Source: Methanosarcinales archaeon
GTDB lineage: Archaea; Halobacteriota; Syntropharchaeia; Alkanophagales; Methanospirareceae
NCBI GenBank assembly: GCA_025464425.1
Contig: JAODGV010000011.1
Span: 1 to 26,030, forward strand
Direction: 5' to 3'
Length of the DNA: 26,030 nt
The position numbers and the translations under genes are program-made. This document shows, piece after piece, positions 1 through 8,968 of this stretch. Under the pieces are notes generated by a model. That model saw only the letters and a list, made by a program, of their open reading frames with translations. It did not search any database and was not told the origin of the DNA. Each line of letters starts with the position of its first letter. The stretch's first letter is position 1.

Positions 1-821
1 GTTTCAAGTGCCAGGTTCTGCAAATCCGCACGGTCACCACCGGTGATCAGAGCAGCCTTCCTCGCTCGTCTGAAATATTTCAGTGCCGATGGTGGTGACA
101 TCGCGCCTATCAGGAAACTCTCGATGATAACATCCTCATCACGAGGCTTTACTAACCATTCACCGTTCAGAGCATCGGCGAGCTCACTTACAGATAGTCC
201 AGCGAGGAGCGGGTCATGAGGCAGTACACCCAGCAGCTCTATTCCGCTGCCATCCAGATACCTCTCCTTTATTGACTTGAGATACGCCTTCTTATAACCC
301 GCGAGTTGATTAAATAGTACGAACTGTAGCCGGTCACCAAAAAGCTCTTTAGCTACCATGAGCCGGTCAAGGACGAAATCCGTTGTATAACGAACAACCA
401 TGAGGATTATCAAATCGAGCATGTTCGATATATCGCAGTCACATAGCCCGAGCATCTTACCCACCTTGTATTCGATCGCACCCTCCACGAGCACGACATC
501 CTTACCCGAACAGATATTAGCATAAGAGCGCTTCACCTGCTCCCTCAATTCTTCCGTATTCGCTGTACATGCGAATTCCACATACGGTCTGTCAAGCTTT
601 ACTGGGCATATGTCGTCCATGACATCACCGGTATCCAGTACCATAGCGGTATTATAGGCATCTTCGTCAATGAGTTGATTACCTATCTTCGTGACACCGA
701 CACCAAACGGCTTGAAATAGCCGACTTCAAAGCCCTTATCTCGCAGTATCAGCCCTAAGGCTATTATAACCGCACTCTTACCCGAATATTCCTCAACCGA
801 AGATACCAGCAAGCTCCTCAT
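1..821 (-). CDS. Phosphotransacetylase N-terminal (BioD-like P-loop + DRTGG domain) family protein, COG0857-like; truncated at the left window edge
   Basis: Not in the ORF track; translated by hand from ATG at 821: [23 protein letters not shown]...GYFKPFG...VLVEGA...LIGAM...[18 protein letters not shown]. Shows the P-loop SGKS, the YFKP motif and the ITGGDR DRTGG signature. The ATG overlaps the map stop codon (ATGA, 818-821). The frame is open to the window edge. Confidence 0.85.
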   Translation of the reverse strand, partial: MRSLLVSSVEEYSGKSAVIIALGLILRDKGFEVGYFKPFGVGVTKIGNQLIDEDAYNTAMVLDTGDVMDDICPVKLDRPYVEFACTANTEELREQVKRSYANICSGKDVVLVEGAIEYKVGKMLGLCDCDISNMLDLIILMVVRYTTDFVLDRLMVAKELFGDRLQFVLFNQLAGYKKAYLKSIKERYLDGSGIELLGVLPHDPLLAGLSVSELADALNGEWLVKPRDEDVIIESFLIGAMSPPSALKYFRRARKAALITGGDRADLQNLALE

Positions 822-1738
822 CCTGAATCCTTCATGGCTGTTATAATTTCGCAGCCATCCTCCTTTATGATTACCGTATGCTCTGCCTGGGAAACCAGAC
901 CCTTATCTTCCTCTTTCAAAACAGGATAATCTCTCAGTAGACCCATGCTATTCAAACTCCGGAGTGCAAGATTAAGCCGTTCCTGTGGCAGCCATCGCCT
1001 GGCAAATGGCAGTCCTCTATACTTCCTTATCGCACCCAGCAGCTTCCGCGCCTCACGCATACGAACCGGCTTCTCTTTCAGCAGGCTGTATATCTCCACA
1101 TTACCGCTCTCCACCACTTTACCACCACCATCTGTCGCGAATGGCTCTATCGCAATAACATCGTTTGCCTTCAATCTGATCCCCTGTTTGTGTCCCACAT
1201 TCGGGATGGTTGGTGGAGCATGTGAGTTGTATCTGAGTAAACCGTGCCCGGATAGATTGACAACGGGCTTGTAGCCACACTCCTTTATCGTATTCCCTAT
1301 CACCTCCCCTATCTCGCTCGTGGTAACACCATCATGAATTATCTTTATAGCTTCGTTCAACGCAATCTCGGATGCACGCACCAGTTCCTCATGCTCGCCA
1401 CTCAAATCCACAGTAACCGCGCTATCCGCAATATAGCCATCAATATGAACACCAAAATCGAGCTTCACAATCTCATCGGCGCTGAATACCGCAGTATCAT
1501 TTACAGAAGGAGTAGCATGAGCCGCCTCCTCATTCCTCGAGATATTACATGGGAACGCAGGTTCACCACCCTTTGCTCTTATACCCTCTTCCACGAATTC
1601 CGCAACTTTCAATAGCGACTCGCCTTCCTTCACCAGTTTCAATGCCTCATCACGAACCTCGATCAATATCTTACCCGCAGCTCTATACTTATCTAATATC
1701 TGTTCCCATTCCTCTTCTTCCATAGCCCTGTCCGCCAT
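818..1738 (-). CDS. map: Methionine aminopeptidase type II (archaeal)
   Basis: 306 aa. Motifs [48 protein letters not shown] and SQAEHTV supply the D, D, H, E, E metal ligands. The type II insertion (GLPFARRWL) is present. Confidence 0.96.
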   Translation of the reverse strand: MADRAMEEEEWEQILDKYRAAGKILIEVRDEALKLVKEGESLLKVAEFVEEGIRAKGGEPAFPCNISRNEEAAHATPSVNDTAVFSADEIVKLDFGVHIDGYIADSAVTVDLSGEHEELVRASEIALNEAIKIIHDGVTTSEIGEVIGNTIKECGYKPVVNLSGHGLLRYNSHAPPTIPNVGHKQGIRLKANDVIAIEPFATDGGGKVVESGNVEIYSLLKEKPVRMREARKLLGAIRKYRGLPFARRWLPQERLNLALRSLNSMGLLRDYPVLKEEDKGLVSQAEHTVIIKEDGCEIITAMKDSG

Positions 1739-1820
1739 CTTTCTCCCGCTAAATTATAATTATCACTTTTATTTATAATATGCACTATTATACCACCAGG
1801 TGGATGTGCGATAGTAAGGA

Positions 1821-2597
1821 GTGAAAAAAGAGATGAAAGTGCTCGGTAGTGTTGCGATTGGATTGGTGACAGGACTGTTGATAGGCGGAGTAGTGGGCGC
1901 ATTTGTGCTGCCACTGTATGGTTTCAATTTCAATTATAGTAATGCAAATCCCGGCAATGCAAATGCGATATCACCGGAAGCTGCGGGGAATGAAGCGATG
2001 GAGTTCATATCAGAGAATATCCCGCCAGGCGTTAACGTCACATTGATAAACGTTACGGAAGAGAGTGATGTCTACAAAATCACCGTCAATATCTCTTCTA
2101 TGGGCATGTACCGGACGATAGAGACCTACATGACCATGGATGGCAAGCTGCTCTTCCCGCAGGGTATCAACGTAGAGAAAGCGAAGAAGAGCCGAACTAT
2201 TGGAGATTTCATCATCAGCGGCGATGAACTCTGCCGGGATGAAGCAACAGGCAAGCCGGTTATTTACTTCTTCGGCTCTGACGGATGCCCGCACTGCAAG
2301 TGGGAACATCCGGTGATTAAAGAAGTGGCAACGAAGTTCGAAGGATACATATCATTCCACGATAACATGAATAACTTTACTGCCGATAGAGACATATTCT
2401 CGAGATACAGCACGGGTGGCGTGCCCACGATTGTGCTGGGCTGCCGGTTCTATCGCGTTGGCTCGGGTGAGAATCAGGGCAGAGCCCAGGAGGCGAAGAT
2501 ACTCACAGCGCTCATCTGTAATCTGACAGAGAACAAGCCAGTAGATGTCTGTTCCGCACCGGAAATACAAGAACTGATCGCAAAAATATCTGGCTAA
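1821..2597 (+). CDS. Membrane-anchored, probably extracellular thioredoxin-fold (CPHC) protein with a DsbC/DsbG-like N-terminal region
   Basis: N-terminal hydrophobic helix, YMTMDGKLLFP segment, YFFGSDGCPHCKW active site and GGVPT cis-Pro loop. Six N-x-S/T sequons. Start is GTG 1821 or ATG 1833. Confidence 0.8.
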   Translation: MKKEMKVLGSVAIGLVTGLLIGGVVGAFVLPLYGFNFNYSNANPGNANAISPEAAGNEAMEFISENIPPGVNVTLINVTEESDVYKITVNISSMGMYRTIETYMTMDGKLLFPQGINVEKAKKSRTIGDFIISGDELCRDEATGKPVIYFFGSDGCPHCKWEHPVIKEVATKFEGYISFHDNMNNFTADRDIFSRYSTGGVPTIVLGCRFYRVGSGENQGRAQEAKILTALICNLTENKPVDVCSAPEIQELIAKISG

Positions 2598-2645
2598 AAT
2601 AAAAATAAAATAAAAAAATAAGGAGGATATTTTACCTCCTTTTTA
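2598..2645. terminator. Bidirectional terminator-like element between convergent genes
   Basis: AAGGAGG-ATATTTTA-CCTCCTT hairpin (2620-2641), flanked by an A-tract on the left (T-tract on the minus strand) and a T-run on the right. Confidence 0.6.
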
Positions 2646-2662
2646 TATATTTACCAGCCAGC

Positions 2663-3091
2663 TCAGAGTATCTCGATAAGCTGGATATCAAATGTCAGGT
2701 CTTTGCCAGCCAGAGGATGATTCGCATCCAGTGTGATGTGGGATTCTCTTATGTCAGCTATAGTGAGCACGATTATACTGCCGTCCGGCTGTCGGCTCTG
2801 TAACTGCATCCCTATTTCCGGCTTCAGCCCTTCTGGCAACTGAGTCTTCTCAATCTCCAGTATAAGGTCCTCTCGCCGCTGCCCGTAGGCTTCCTCAGCC
2901 GGTATCTTAACGGTCTTTGATTCGCCAGGGCGCATTCCCACCACAGCTTGCTCAAAACCCGGTATTATCTGCCCGCCACCTATTGTGAATAGAAGTGGAT
3001 CCTCTTCTGTGGAAGCATCAAATACCGTACCATCATCCAATTTACCTGTATAGTGTACCTTGACGGTATCGCCATATTTCGCCTGTGTCAT
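2663..3091 (-). CDS. slyD: FKBP-type peptidyl-prolyl cis-trans isomerase, SlyD-like (insert-in-flap domain, no His-rich tail)
   Basis: GDTVKVHYTGKLDDGTVFD, GGGQIIPGFEQAVVGM, EEAYG and LDANHPLAGKDLTFDI motifs. SD AAGGAGGT upstream of the ATG. Confidence 0.94.
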   Translation of the reverse strand: MTQAKYGDTVKVHYTGKLDDGTVFDASTEEDPLLFTIGGGQIIPGFEQAVVGMRPGESKTVKIPAEEAYGQRREDLILEIEKTQLPEGLKPEIGMQLQSRQPDGSIIVLTIADIRESHITLDANHPLAGKDLTFDIQLIEIL

Positions 3092-3283
3092 CGCTTTTTT
3101 ACCTCCTTATTTAACAGTAGAATATAAAGATGGGGATGATATAAAAAGAGCAGGCTGTATCATAGACAGGGCACTGAGAACCTGCTTATTATCTCCACTT
3201 GTTTTGCTCATCCCATTCATCCCATCATACCTACGGATATGATCGAGCATATTCATTAAATTAATTTATATAGAAGATGGAAG

Positions 3284-3691
3284 ATGGAATTTGAATCCCG
3301 GCTGATAAAGGCTATTCGGGCATTGAACAGGCATCTACCCGCGGAACGGAAGACACTTGCCGCACTATTGCGTGAGGATAAGCCCGCGGTTCGCGGTAGA
3401 GACGATACGATTCAGCGTATAAAGAAGGATGAACTGGAGAAGATAGCGAACTTGATACCAGAGGCGTATTATCCGCAGTTGAAACTGCCGATATACATAG
3501 AACTCACGCCCGATTATGGCAGGGGTATATCAAGGATAAGGGGCAGGATAGAGTGTGAAGTGGTGCTGAAATTGCTGCACAAACCAGGAGCCGGTGACAC
3601 GATCTTCATCTATCGTGAGGATGTAAGGCGATTGAGGCGCGAACTGCCAACTGCTACTCAGTACGCATTCGTATTCACACAGGAGTGGTGA
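3284..3691 (+). CDS. DUF61 (UPF0216) family archaeal protein
   Basis: 135 aa. LNRHLPAERKTLAALLREDKP...RIKKDELE...LKLPIYIE...LPTATQYAF pattern recalled as DUF61. AT-rich TATA-like sequence just upstream. Confidence 0.78.
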   Translation: MEFESRLIKAIRALNRHLPAERKTLAALLREDKPAVRGRDDTIQRIKKDELEKIANLIPEAYYPQLKLPIYIELTPDYGRGISRIRGRIECEVVLKLLHKPGAGDTIFIYREDVRRLRRELPTATQYAFVFTQEW

Positions 3692-3701
3692 TTTCATAAT
3701 T

Positions 3702-3725
3702 TTAATCTTAATCTTAATCTTAATC
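3702..3725. repeat. Hexanucleotide tandem repeat (TTAATC)x4
   Basis: Read directly. Lies in the convergent DUF61/tpiA gap and touches the tpiA stop codon. Confidence 0.9.
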
Positions 3726-4410
3726 ACAATCCCGTAATGAGATCAAGCAGAGCGGTCTTTGGATCCTTCGCCTTCACCACCCCGGAAGCTAATAACACAC
3801 CATCCGTACCGAGTTCAATTGCAGCGCGAACATCATCACCGCTTGTTACTCCCGCGCCACAGAGCACCACGCAATCGCTGTACACGGACTTCACCGCATC
3901 GACCGTATTTGCCACTATCTCTGGATCCACCTTCGATACCGCTCTACCACTGCCTATCAACTCAGGAGGCTCAACTGCTATGGCATAAGGCTTCAATTCT
4001 GCAACTGCACGGCTAACCGGTATATTATTCGTGCATACAATAGTCATCAGGTTCAGATCCGCAGCTCTTCTCACTATGAACTCAATATCCGCTATTTTGA
4101 GCCGGTGCTCCGAATGATTCACCAGGGTACCGGCTGCACCCGCTTCCTTCACCGACTCCAGTGTTACAAACCCGGTGTGACTGCCCGGCTCTATGGCATC
4201 CACATGCTGAGCGAAGCACGGTATATTAACGGCTGAAGCTATTTTCGCGAGTTCCACCTGCTGCGGGCATATAGCAATACTCACGCCCTGTTTCGATGCC
4301 ACATCTGCACATATCTTCGCGAGTTCAAACCCCCTTCGACCGGCAGATTCCGCATACGACTTCACGTTCAATACTATTACAGGCGTTCCTAATTTCGTTC
4401 CGCCACCCAT
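3724..4410 (-). CDS. tpiA: Triosephosphate isomerase (archaeal type)
   Basis: LNVKSY, AQHVD, LVNHSEHR, AVEPPELIGSG, LCGAGV and GVLLASG motifs. SD GGGGGTGA upstream. Confidence 0.97.
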   Translation of the reverse strand: MGGGTKLGTPVIVLNVKSYAESAGRRGFELAKICADVASKQGVSIAICPQQVELAKIASAVNIPCFAQHVDAIEPGSHTGFVTLESVKEAGAAGTLVNHSEHRLKIADIEFIVRRAADLNLMTIVCTNNIPVSRAVAELKPYAIAVEPPELIGSGRAVSKVDPEIVANTVDAVKSVYSDCVVLCGAGVTSGDDVRAAIELGTDGVLLASGVVKAKDPKTALLDLITGL

Positions 4411-4546
4411 CCCTATTATTCACCCCCTCTTAAATCTATGTTTCTATGATTTAAACATTGGGAACATGTTATATGTATAGCTATTGATTATATGCTGGAA
4501 AAGTATTTGTTATAATACATGAAAAAACACTCCGTTCATTACGCAC

Positions 4547-6085
4547 TCATAGATAAGGCACCTCTTTTTCCGCTATTTTTTGCCTCACGGGGATAACGAA
4601 ATAGAAAGTCGAACCTTTCCCGGGCTCACTCTCCACCCATATCTTACCCCTGTGCGCTTGTATGATTCCTTTAGCGATAGCCAGTCCTAAACCTGTTCCA
4701 CGATGCTCCCTCACCATAGAGGTATCAATTTGAGAGAATGGCAGGAACAATTTATCTTGATCGGCTTTTGAAATCCCGACACCATGATCTGTTATACGAA
4801 ACATAACATTTTCACCCAGTTGCTTGGTTTCGACGAGCACTTCAGATGATTTTTCAGAGAATTTTATTGCATTGTTTAGTAGATTGCCTATTGCCTGCTG
4901 TAATCTTTCGGCATCACCGATGATCACAGGCAGATCAGCCAGCTTAGCGGTTATTTTTATGCCCTTCTCCTTAGCGAAGGCATCTTGCACTTTTATTGCT
5001 TCCTTAACCGTATCGTTGAGACTCATGGGCTTGAAGGACATCCTGATTCGCCCTGCTTCCAGTCTTGATATGTCCAGTATATCAGCAATCAGATTGTCCA
5101 GCCTCGCCAGATTTCTGAGAGCTATTTCTATGCTATTCTTCTGTTCTTCGGTCAGTTCGCCCATGTAACCTTCTTGAAGCATCTGTAATTGAGCTTTGAT
5201 CGGAGTAAGTGGCGTTTTCAACTCATGGGACGTTATAGAAAGGAACACGGTCTTCATTCTTGCCACCTCCTCCAGACCCACCACCTTCAACTCCAGTTCG
5301 CGGTTGAGTTTTTGAATCTCCTCCTCCGCCTTCTTCCGTTCCGTTATGTCTCTGAATATGGTTAATTTAGATATACTGCCGTCTGCGTTTCTCAGCGGTG
5401 TCTCAATGAGGTCATATGTTTTGTTCTGCCTGCGAGAGTGCCACTCCCATCTGACAGTCCGCCCTTTCATCACCTCCGAAAGTTTGCACAGCGGGCAGGG
5501 CTCTTCGCGATCATGAAACGCTGCATAGCAAATACTCCCCTCCTGATCACCAAACTCATCACGCAGGATCTTATTCATAAACTCCACTTTATAGTCCGCG
5601 GAGACGACATACACACCATCAGCCATGCTCTCAAATATCAGATTCAGGTTGTCTCGCTCTGCTTTTATCCGCCTTCTTATCTCCTCTGCCCTCCTTTTTT
5701 CCTCATGCAAAAGAGCTTTAGCGTGTTCACCGCTGACGAATCCGACGAGATAAGCCACGGCGAAGAAGACAATTGCTCTTTGCAGAGCGCTGAGAGTCAC
5801 GATACCGAAGCTAAAATCTACGGAGATGAGTGTTGTGACGAGATGAAAAGCCCCGAGGAATATTGCAACGTAAATAGCTCTCATGTGATACCATACACCC
5901 GCCATAATGAGGGGGATATAGAAGAAATGTGTGTACATGATTTCTCTACCCAATATGAAGGTAACATAAACATCCAGAATAATGCAGGCTAATATAGCAT
6001 TAAACAGGAGAAGAGCTTTTATCTTCTCAGATTCTATGCCGGCGAAGTGGTATCCGATTCCCATATGCCCTTCTATTTGAGACAC
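4547..6085 (-). CDS. Membrane-bound PAS sensor histidine kinase (about 4 TM, PAS, HisKA, HATPase_c)
   Basis: Hydrophobic N-terminus. PAS ending IFRDITERK. H-box SHELKTPLT (H287), N-box NLLNNAIKF, G1 DHGVGI, F-box LFLPFSQ, G2 GTGLGLAI. Confidence 0.95.
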   Translation of the reverse strand: MSQIEGHMGIGYHFAGIESEKIKALLLFNAILACIILDVYVTFILGREIMYTHFFYIPLIMAGVWYHMRAIYVAIFLGAFHLVTTLISVDFSFGIVTLSALQRAIVFFAVAYLVGFVSGEHAKALLHEEKRRAEEIRRRIKAERDNLNLIFESMADGVYVVSADYKVEFMNKILRDEFGDQEGSICYAAFHDREEPCPLCKLSEVMKGRTVRWEWHSRRQNKTYDLIETPLRNADGSISKLTIFRDITERKKAEEEIQKLNRELELKVVGLEEVARMKTVFLSITSHELKTPLTPIKAQLQMLQEGYMGELTEEQKNSIEIALRNLARLDNLIADILDISRLEAGRIRMSFKPMSLNDTVKEAIKVQDAFAKEKGIKITAKLADLPVIIGDAERLQQAIGNLLNNAIKFSEKSSEVLVETKQLGENVMFRITDHGVGISKADQDKLFLPFSQIDTSMVREHRGTGLGLAIAKGIIQAHRGKIWVESEPGKGSTFYFVIPVRQKIAEKEVPYL

Positions 6086-6089
6086 GGAT

Positions 6090-6479
6090 TTACACGGTTC
6101 TCTTCATCGCCTCTTCGATGGAATCGAGCAGTTCTCGCACGGTAAACGGCTTCTCAATGAAGCCCACAACCTGATTAAATGCGAGCAGCTCCTCCTCCTC
6201 CGCTTCCTGCAAATTGACCGCGGTCAGGAATATGATTTTTGTATCTGCCAATCTACTGTCCTTCTCTATCTCGCCCAGTACTTCCTTAGCAGTCAAGCCG
6301 GGCATCATTATATCAAGCAGGATGACATCGGGTATTTCTTCCTGTAATTTGTCCAGGCACTCATGCCCATCTTTGGCTTTGATTGTTTTGTAATTGTTGG
6401 CATCGAGTATCTGTGCGACTGAAAGCAGAACATCGGGTTCGTCATCCACAATCATGACGGTCTTTCTCTCGCTCATCAT
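6090..6479 (-). CDS. Stand-alone response regulator receiver (REC) protein
   Basis: IVDDE, LLDIMMPG (phospho-acceptor D56), FLTA and IEKPF motifs. No output domain. Confidence 0.95.
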   Translation of the reverse strand: MMSERKTVMIVDDEPDVLLSVAQILDANNYKTIKAKDGHECLDKLQEEIPDVILLDIMMPGLTAKEVLGEIEKDSRLADTKIIFLTAVNLQEAEEEELLAFNQVVGFIEKPFTVRELLDSIEEAMKRTV

Positions 6480-7946
6480 TCAACAATTTATCCTCTGGTT
6501 TTCCGGTGTGACGACGGCGATGAGTTGAAGCGGTCCTTTTTTACCTATTATCAGAGAAGCGGATAATCGGGCATCGAACTCCGAGCCATCCTTTCGGAGT
6601 GCAACCAGAAGCCCTTCCCATGTGCCTTTCTCGCGTACCGCGGTCAGGGCATCTCCGGCTTTAGCTTTATCTTTCCAGAAATCAAGGCAGTTGCGACCCA
6701 GGACCTCGCTTTCATCCTCATAGCCCCACAGTTCCAGGAATGCCGGATTCACATATGTCTGTTTCCCTTCCATATCAGCCATAAAAATAGGTTGAGTGGA
6801 GATTCTGATGGCATCGGCTTTGAGTTTCCACTCCTCTTCTGCTTTGATTTTGGCGATACCACCGGCAATCGTCTCAGATACACCTGCGAGTAAACTTCGG
6901 TCATCATCAGAAATAGCGTTTCCGAAGCGAGAGAGGATGATGAGCGCGCCATGAAGCTCACCTCTGGTCTTCAATGGAATCACGTAGCACTGTTGAAGAT
7001 TATATGCCCTGGCTAAGTGAGAAGCGGGCAGTGCGAGAGGGTCATTCTTATCCATGCCTTTGACCCTGTGAGTCCGGGAGAACTGTATAAATAAGGCTGC
7101 TTTGCGGTTGATTGACTCAGTAGCTATTCTTCTCTTCCATTCAGCGGCATCACTCTTCTCATCCTCAGGTGGATAACCTATCCGGGCATAACATGAGAGC
7201 GTATCGCTAATGGGTTCGTAAATCAGGATGTCACCGAAGTCGAAGGTGATGACGTCACGCAAATTTTTGAGTATCGTGGAACACAACTGGTTGATCGTAT
7301 AAGACCTGTTAACGGCTTCTCCGAGCAGACGATGGAGCTCAGAGAGATTCTTTATTCGCTTCTCATACTTCACCTTCTCCGTGATGTCGCTGATAATAGC
7401 GATGATGGATGAGGAGCCGTCGGGATTCTCCACACGCCTCGCTTTGATGTCAATAATTCTACCCGCTTTGTCCTCCTCGATGGTTTCCACTTCCTCTGCC
7501 GTTCCCGCTATGATCTCCGCTATTTTAGCGTGGTGGTCTGGAGATGCGTGCCCGAAGAATGCGTGCTGATATTTCTGCCCGATGCAATTACCATAAAGTG
7601 CGGTCAGATATCGGTTCATGAAGAGGATATTGAAATCAAAGTCGAGAATAAGAATGCCTTCGGGCATATCAGAGAGAATACGTGAGAATATCTTCTCGGT
7701 ATAGGTCTTCTCATCTTCGCGTAAGGTGAATATGTGCTGCAGGGGTGATTTACTCACGAACCACACCTTTGCACGCCCTATTTGCTTGTAAGATATGCGT
7801 CCGTCAGCACGCAGGTGATTCAGGTACTTGGAGAGTGTATGCCGCCCGAGTGGCACAGCCTTTGAGATTTCATCTATGGTTGCGCCTATACCCCCGATGT
7901 TCTGTATGGCATCAATTATTCTGGAGTATATCTCTTCTGGTTTCAT
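6480..7946 (-). CDS. Winged-HTH + PAS + GAF + PAS sensory transcriptional regulator (no kinase or REC domain)
   Basis: N-terminal wHTH (TIDEISKAVPLGRHTLSKYLNHLRADGRISYKQIGRAKVWFV). PAS1 ends ISDITEK. GAF includes YVIPLKTRGELHGALII. PAS2 includes YVNPAFLELWGY...GRNC. The stop codon abuts the REC ATG. Confidence 0.85.
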   Translation of the reverse strand: MKPEEIYSRIIDAIQNIGGIGATIDEISKAVPLGRHTLSKYLNHLRADGRISYKQIGRAKVWFVSKSPLQHIFTLREDEKTYTEKIFSRILSDMPEGILILDFDFNILFMNRYLTALYGNCIGQKYQHAFFGHASPDHHAKIAEIIAGTAEEVETIEEDKAGRIIDIKARRVENPDGSSSIIAIISDITEKVKYEKRIKNLSELHRLLGEAVNRSYTINQLCSTILKNLRDVITFDFGDILIYEPISDTLSCYARIGYPPEDEKSDAAEWKRRIATESINRKAALFIQFSRTHRVKGMDKNDPLALPASHLARAYNLQQCYVIPLKTRGELHGALIILSRFGNAISDDDRSLLAGVSETIAGGIAKIKAEEEWKLKADAIRISTQPIFMADMEGKQTYVNPAFLELWGYEDESEVLGRNCLDFWKDKAKAGDALTAVREKGTWEGLLVALRKDGSEFDARLSASLIIGKKGPLQLIAVVTPENQRINC

Positions 7947-7970
7947 CTTGAATTGAAGACTCAGGTTTAT

Positions 7971-7978
7971 CTTTAAAT
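7971..7978 (-). promoter_or_regulatory. Probable TATA box of the wHTH-PAS/REC/HK operon
   Basis: Minus strand reads GGGA-ATTTAAAG, 25-32 nt upstream of the ATG at 7946. This fits a leaderless transcript. Confidence 0.5.
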
Positions 7979-8033
7979 TCCCGAAATGGATATGGCATGC
8001 TCGTCTTACCGATGCCTGCCTGCCGTTACAGAT

Positions 8034-8963
8034 TCATTCCAATCCCGCCTTCTCCCTCAGTCTCTTATAGTCCGCTTCCACCCTCGCCTGTATCTCCTCT
8101 ATCACATCATCAGATAGATGTCTGAACCTGCCCTGGTGCTTAAAGTATTCCCTGACCGGTCTAAGCTCCGGTAGATCTATGCTCAAATGGTATTCTCCAT
8201 TGACCACCTCATAAAGCGGGAATATACCGGTCTCTACCGCCAGACGACCCAGTTCGACCGATATATCCGGGCGACACCGCCAGCCAGTAGGGCAGGGCGA
8301 GAACACATGGATATATGCGGGTCCTGCCATATCGAGCCCCCTGCGCACTTTATCCATCAAATCAAACGGATAAGATGGACATGCCGTTGCTACATACGGG
8401 ATACGGTGCGCAACCGCGATCTCAGGCATGTTCTTCTTCCACGTCATCTGCCCCAGCGGGCGCTTCTCACCCACAGGCGCAGTGGTCGTCCATGCGCCAT
8501 AGGGTGTAGCAGAAGAACGCTGTATGCCTGTATTCATATACGCCTCGTTATCGAAGCATACATAGAGGAAATCATGCCCGCGCTCCATTGCACCGGATAA
8601 TGCCTGTATTCCTATATCTGATGTCCCGCCATCACCCGCGAAACCCACGAACTTTACACCCTTCGACGGTATCTTACCCTTTCTTATACGCGCTTTATAT
8701 GCAGATTCTATACCCGACACTACCGCTGCAACATTCTCAAACAGCGTGTGAATCCATGGTACGCGCCACGAAGTTTGCGGTAACAGCGAAGAGATGATCT
8801 CTATACAGCCCGTTGCTGTAACGATGATGACATTCTTACCCAGTGCTTTACATACCAGTCGGACAGCAAGAGCCTCTCCACAGCCTATACATGCACGATG
8901 CCCTGGAGCGAAATTCTCTTCGGTGGTTACTTCTCGCGGTATAAACAAAATCTCCTCACTCAT
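8034..8963 (-). CDS. porB: Pyruvate/2-oxoacid:ferredoxin oxidoreductase beta subunit (four-subunit POR/VOR type)
   Basis: GHRACIGCG, TGC, TPP-binding GDGGTSDIG...DNEAYMNTGIQRS and SPCPTGW motifs. Exact 2-oxoacid specificity cannot be read from sequence. Confidence 0.9.
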   Translation of the reverse strand: MSEEILFIPREVTTEENFAPGHRACIGCGEALAVRLVCKALGKNVIIVTATGCIEIISSLLPQTSWRVPWIHTLFENVAAVVSGIESAYKARIRKGKIPSKGVKFVGFAGDGGTSDIGIQALSGAMERGHDFLYVCFDNEAYMNTGIQRSSATPYGAWTTTAPVGEKRPLGQMTWKKNMPEIAVAHRIPYVATACPSYPFDLMDKVRRGLDMAGPAYIHVFSPCPTGWRCRPDISVELGRLAVETGIFPLYEVVNGEYHLSIDLPELRPVREYFKHQGRFRHLSDDVIEEIQARVEADYKRLREKAGLE

Positions 8964-8968
8964 CTCTA

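Noticed and set aside
3702-3725. Short repeats as CRISPR or phase-variation elements
   Set aside because: (TTAATC)x4 has no spacers and sits in a convergent 3' gap, where length change would not shift a frame or promoter. No repeat-spacer array or cas gene was seen anywhere.
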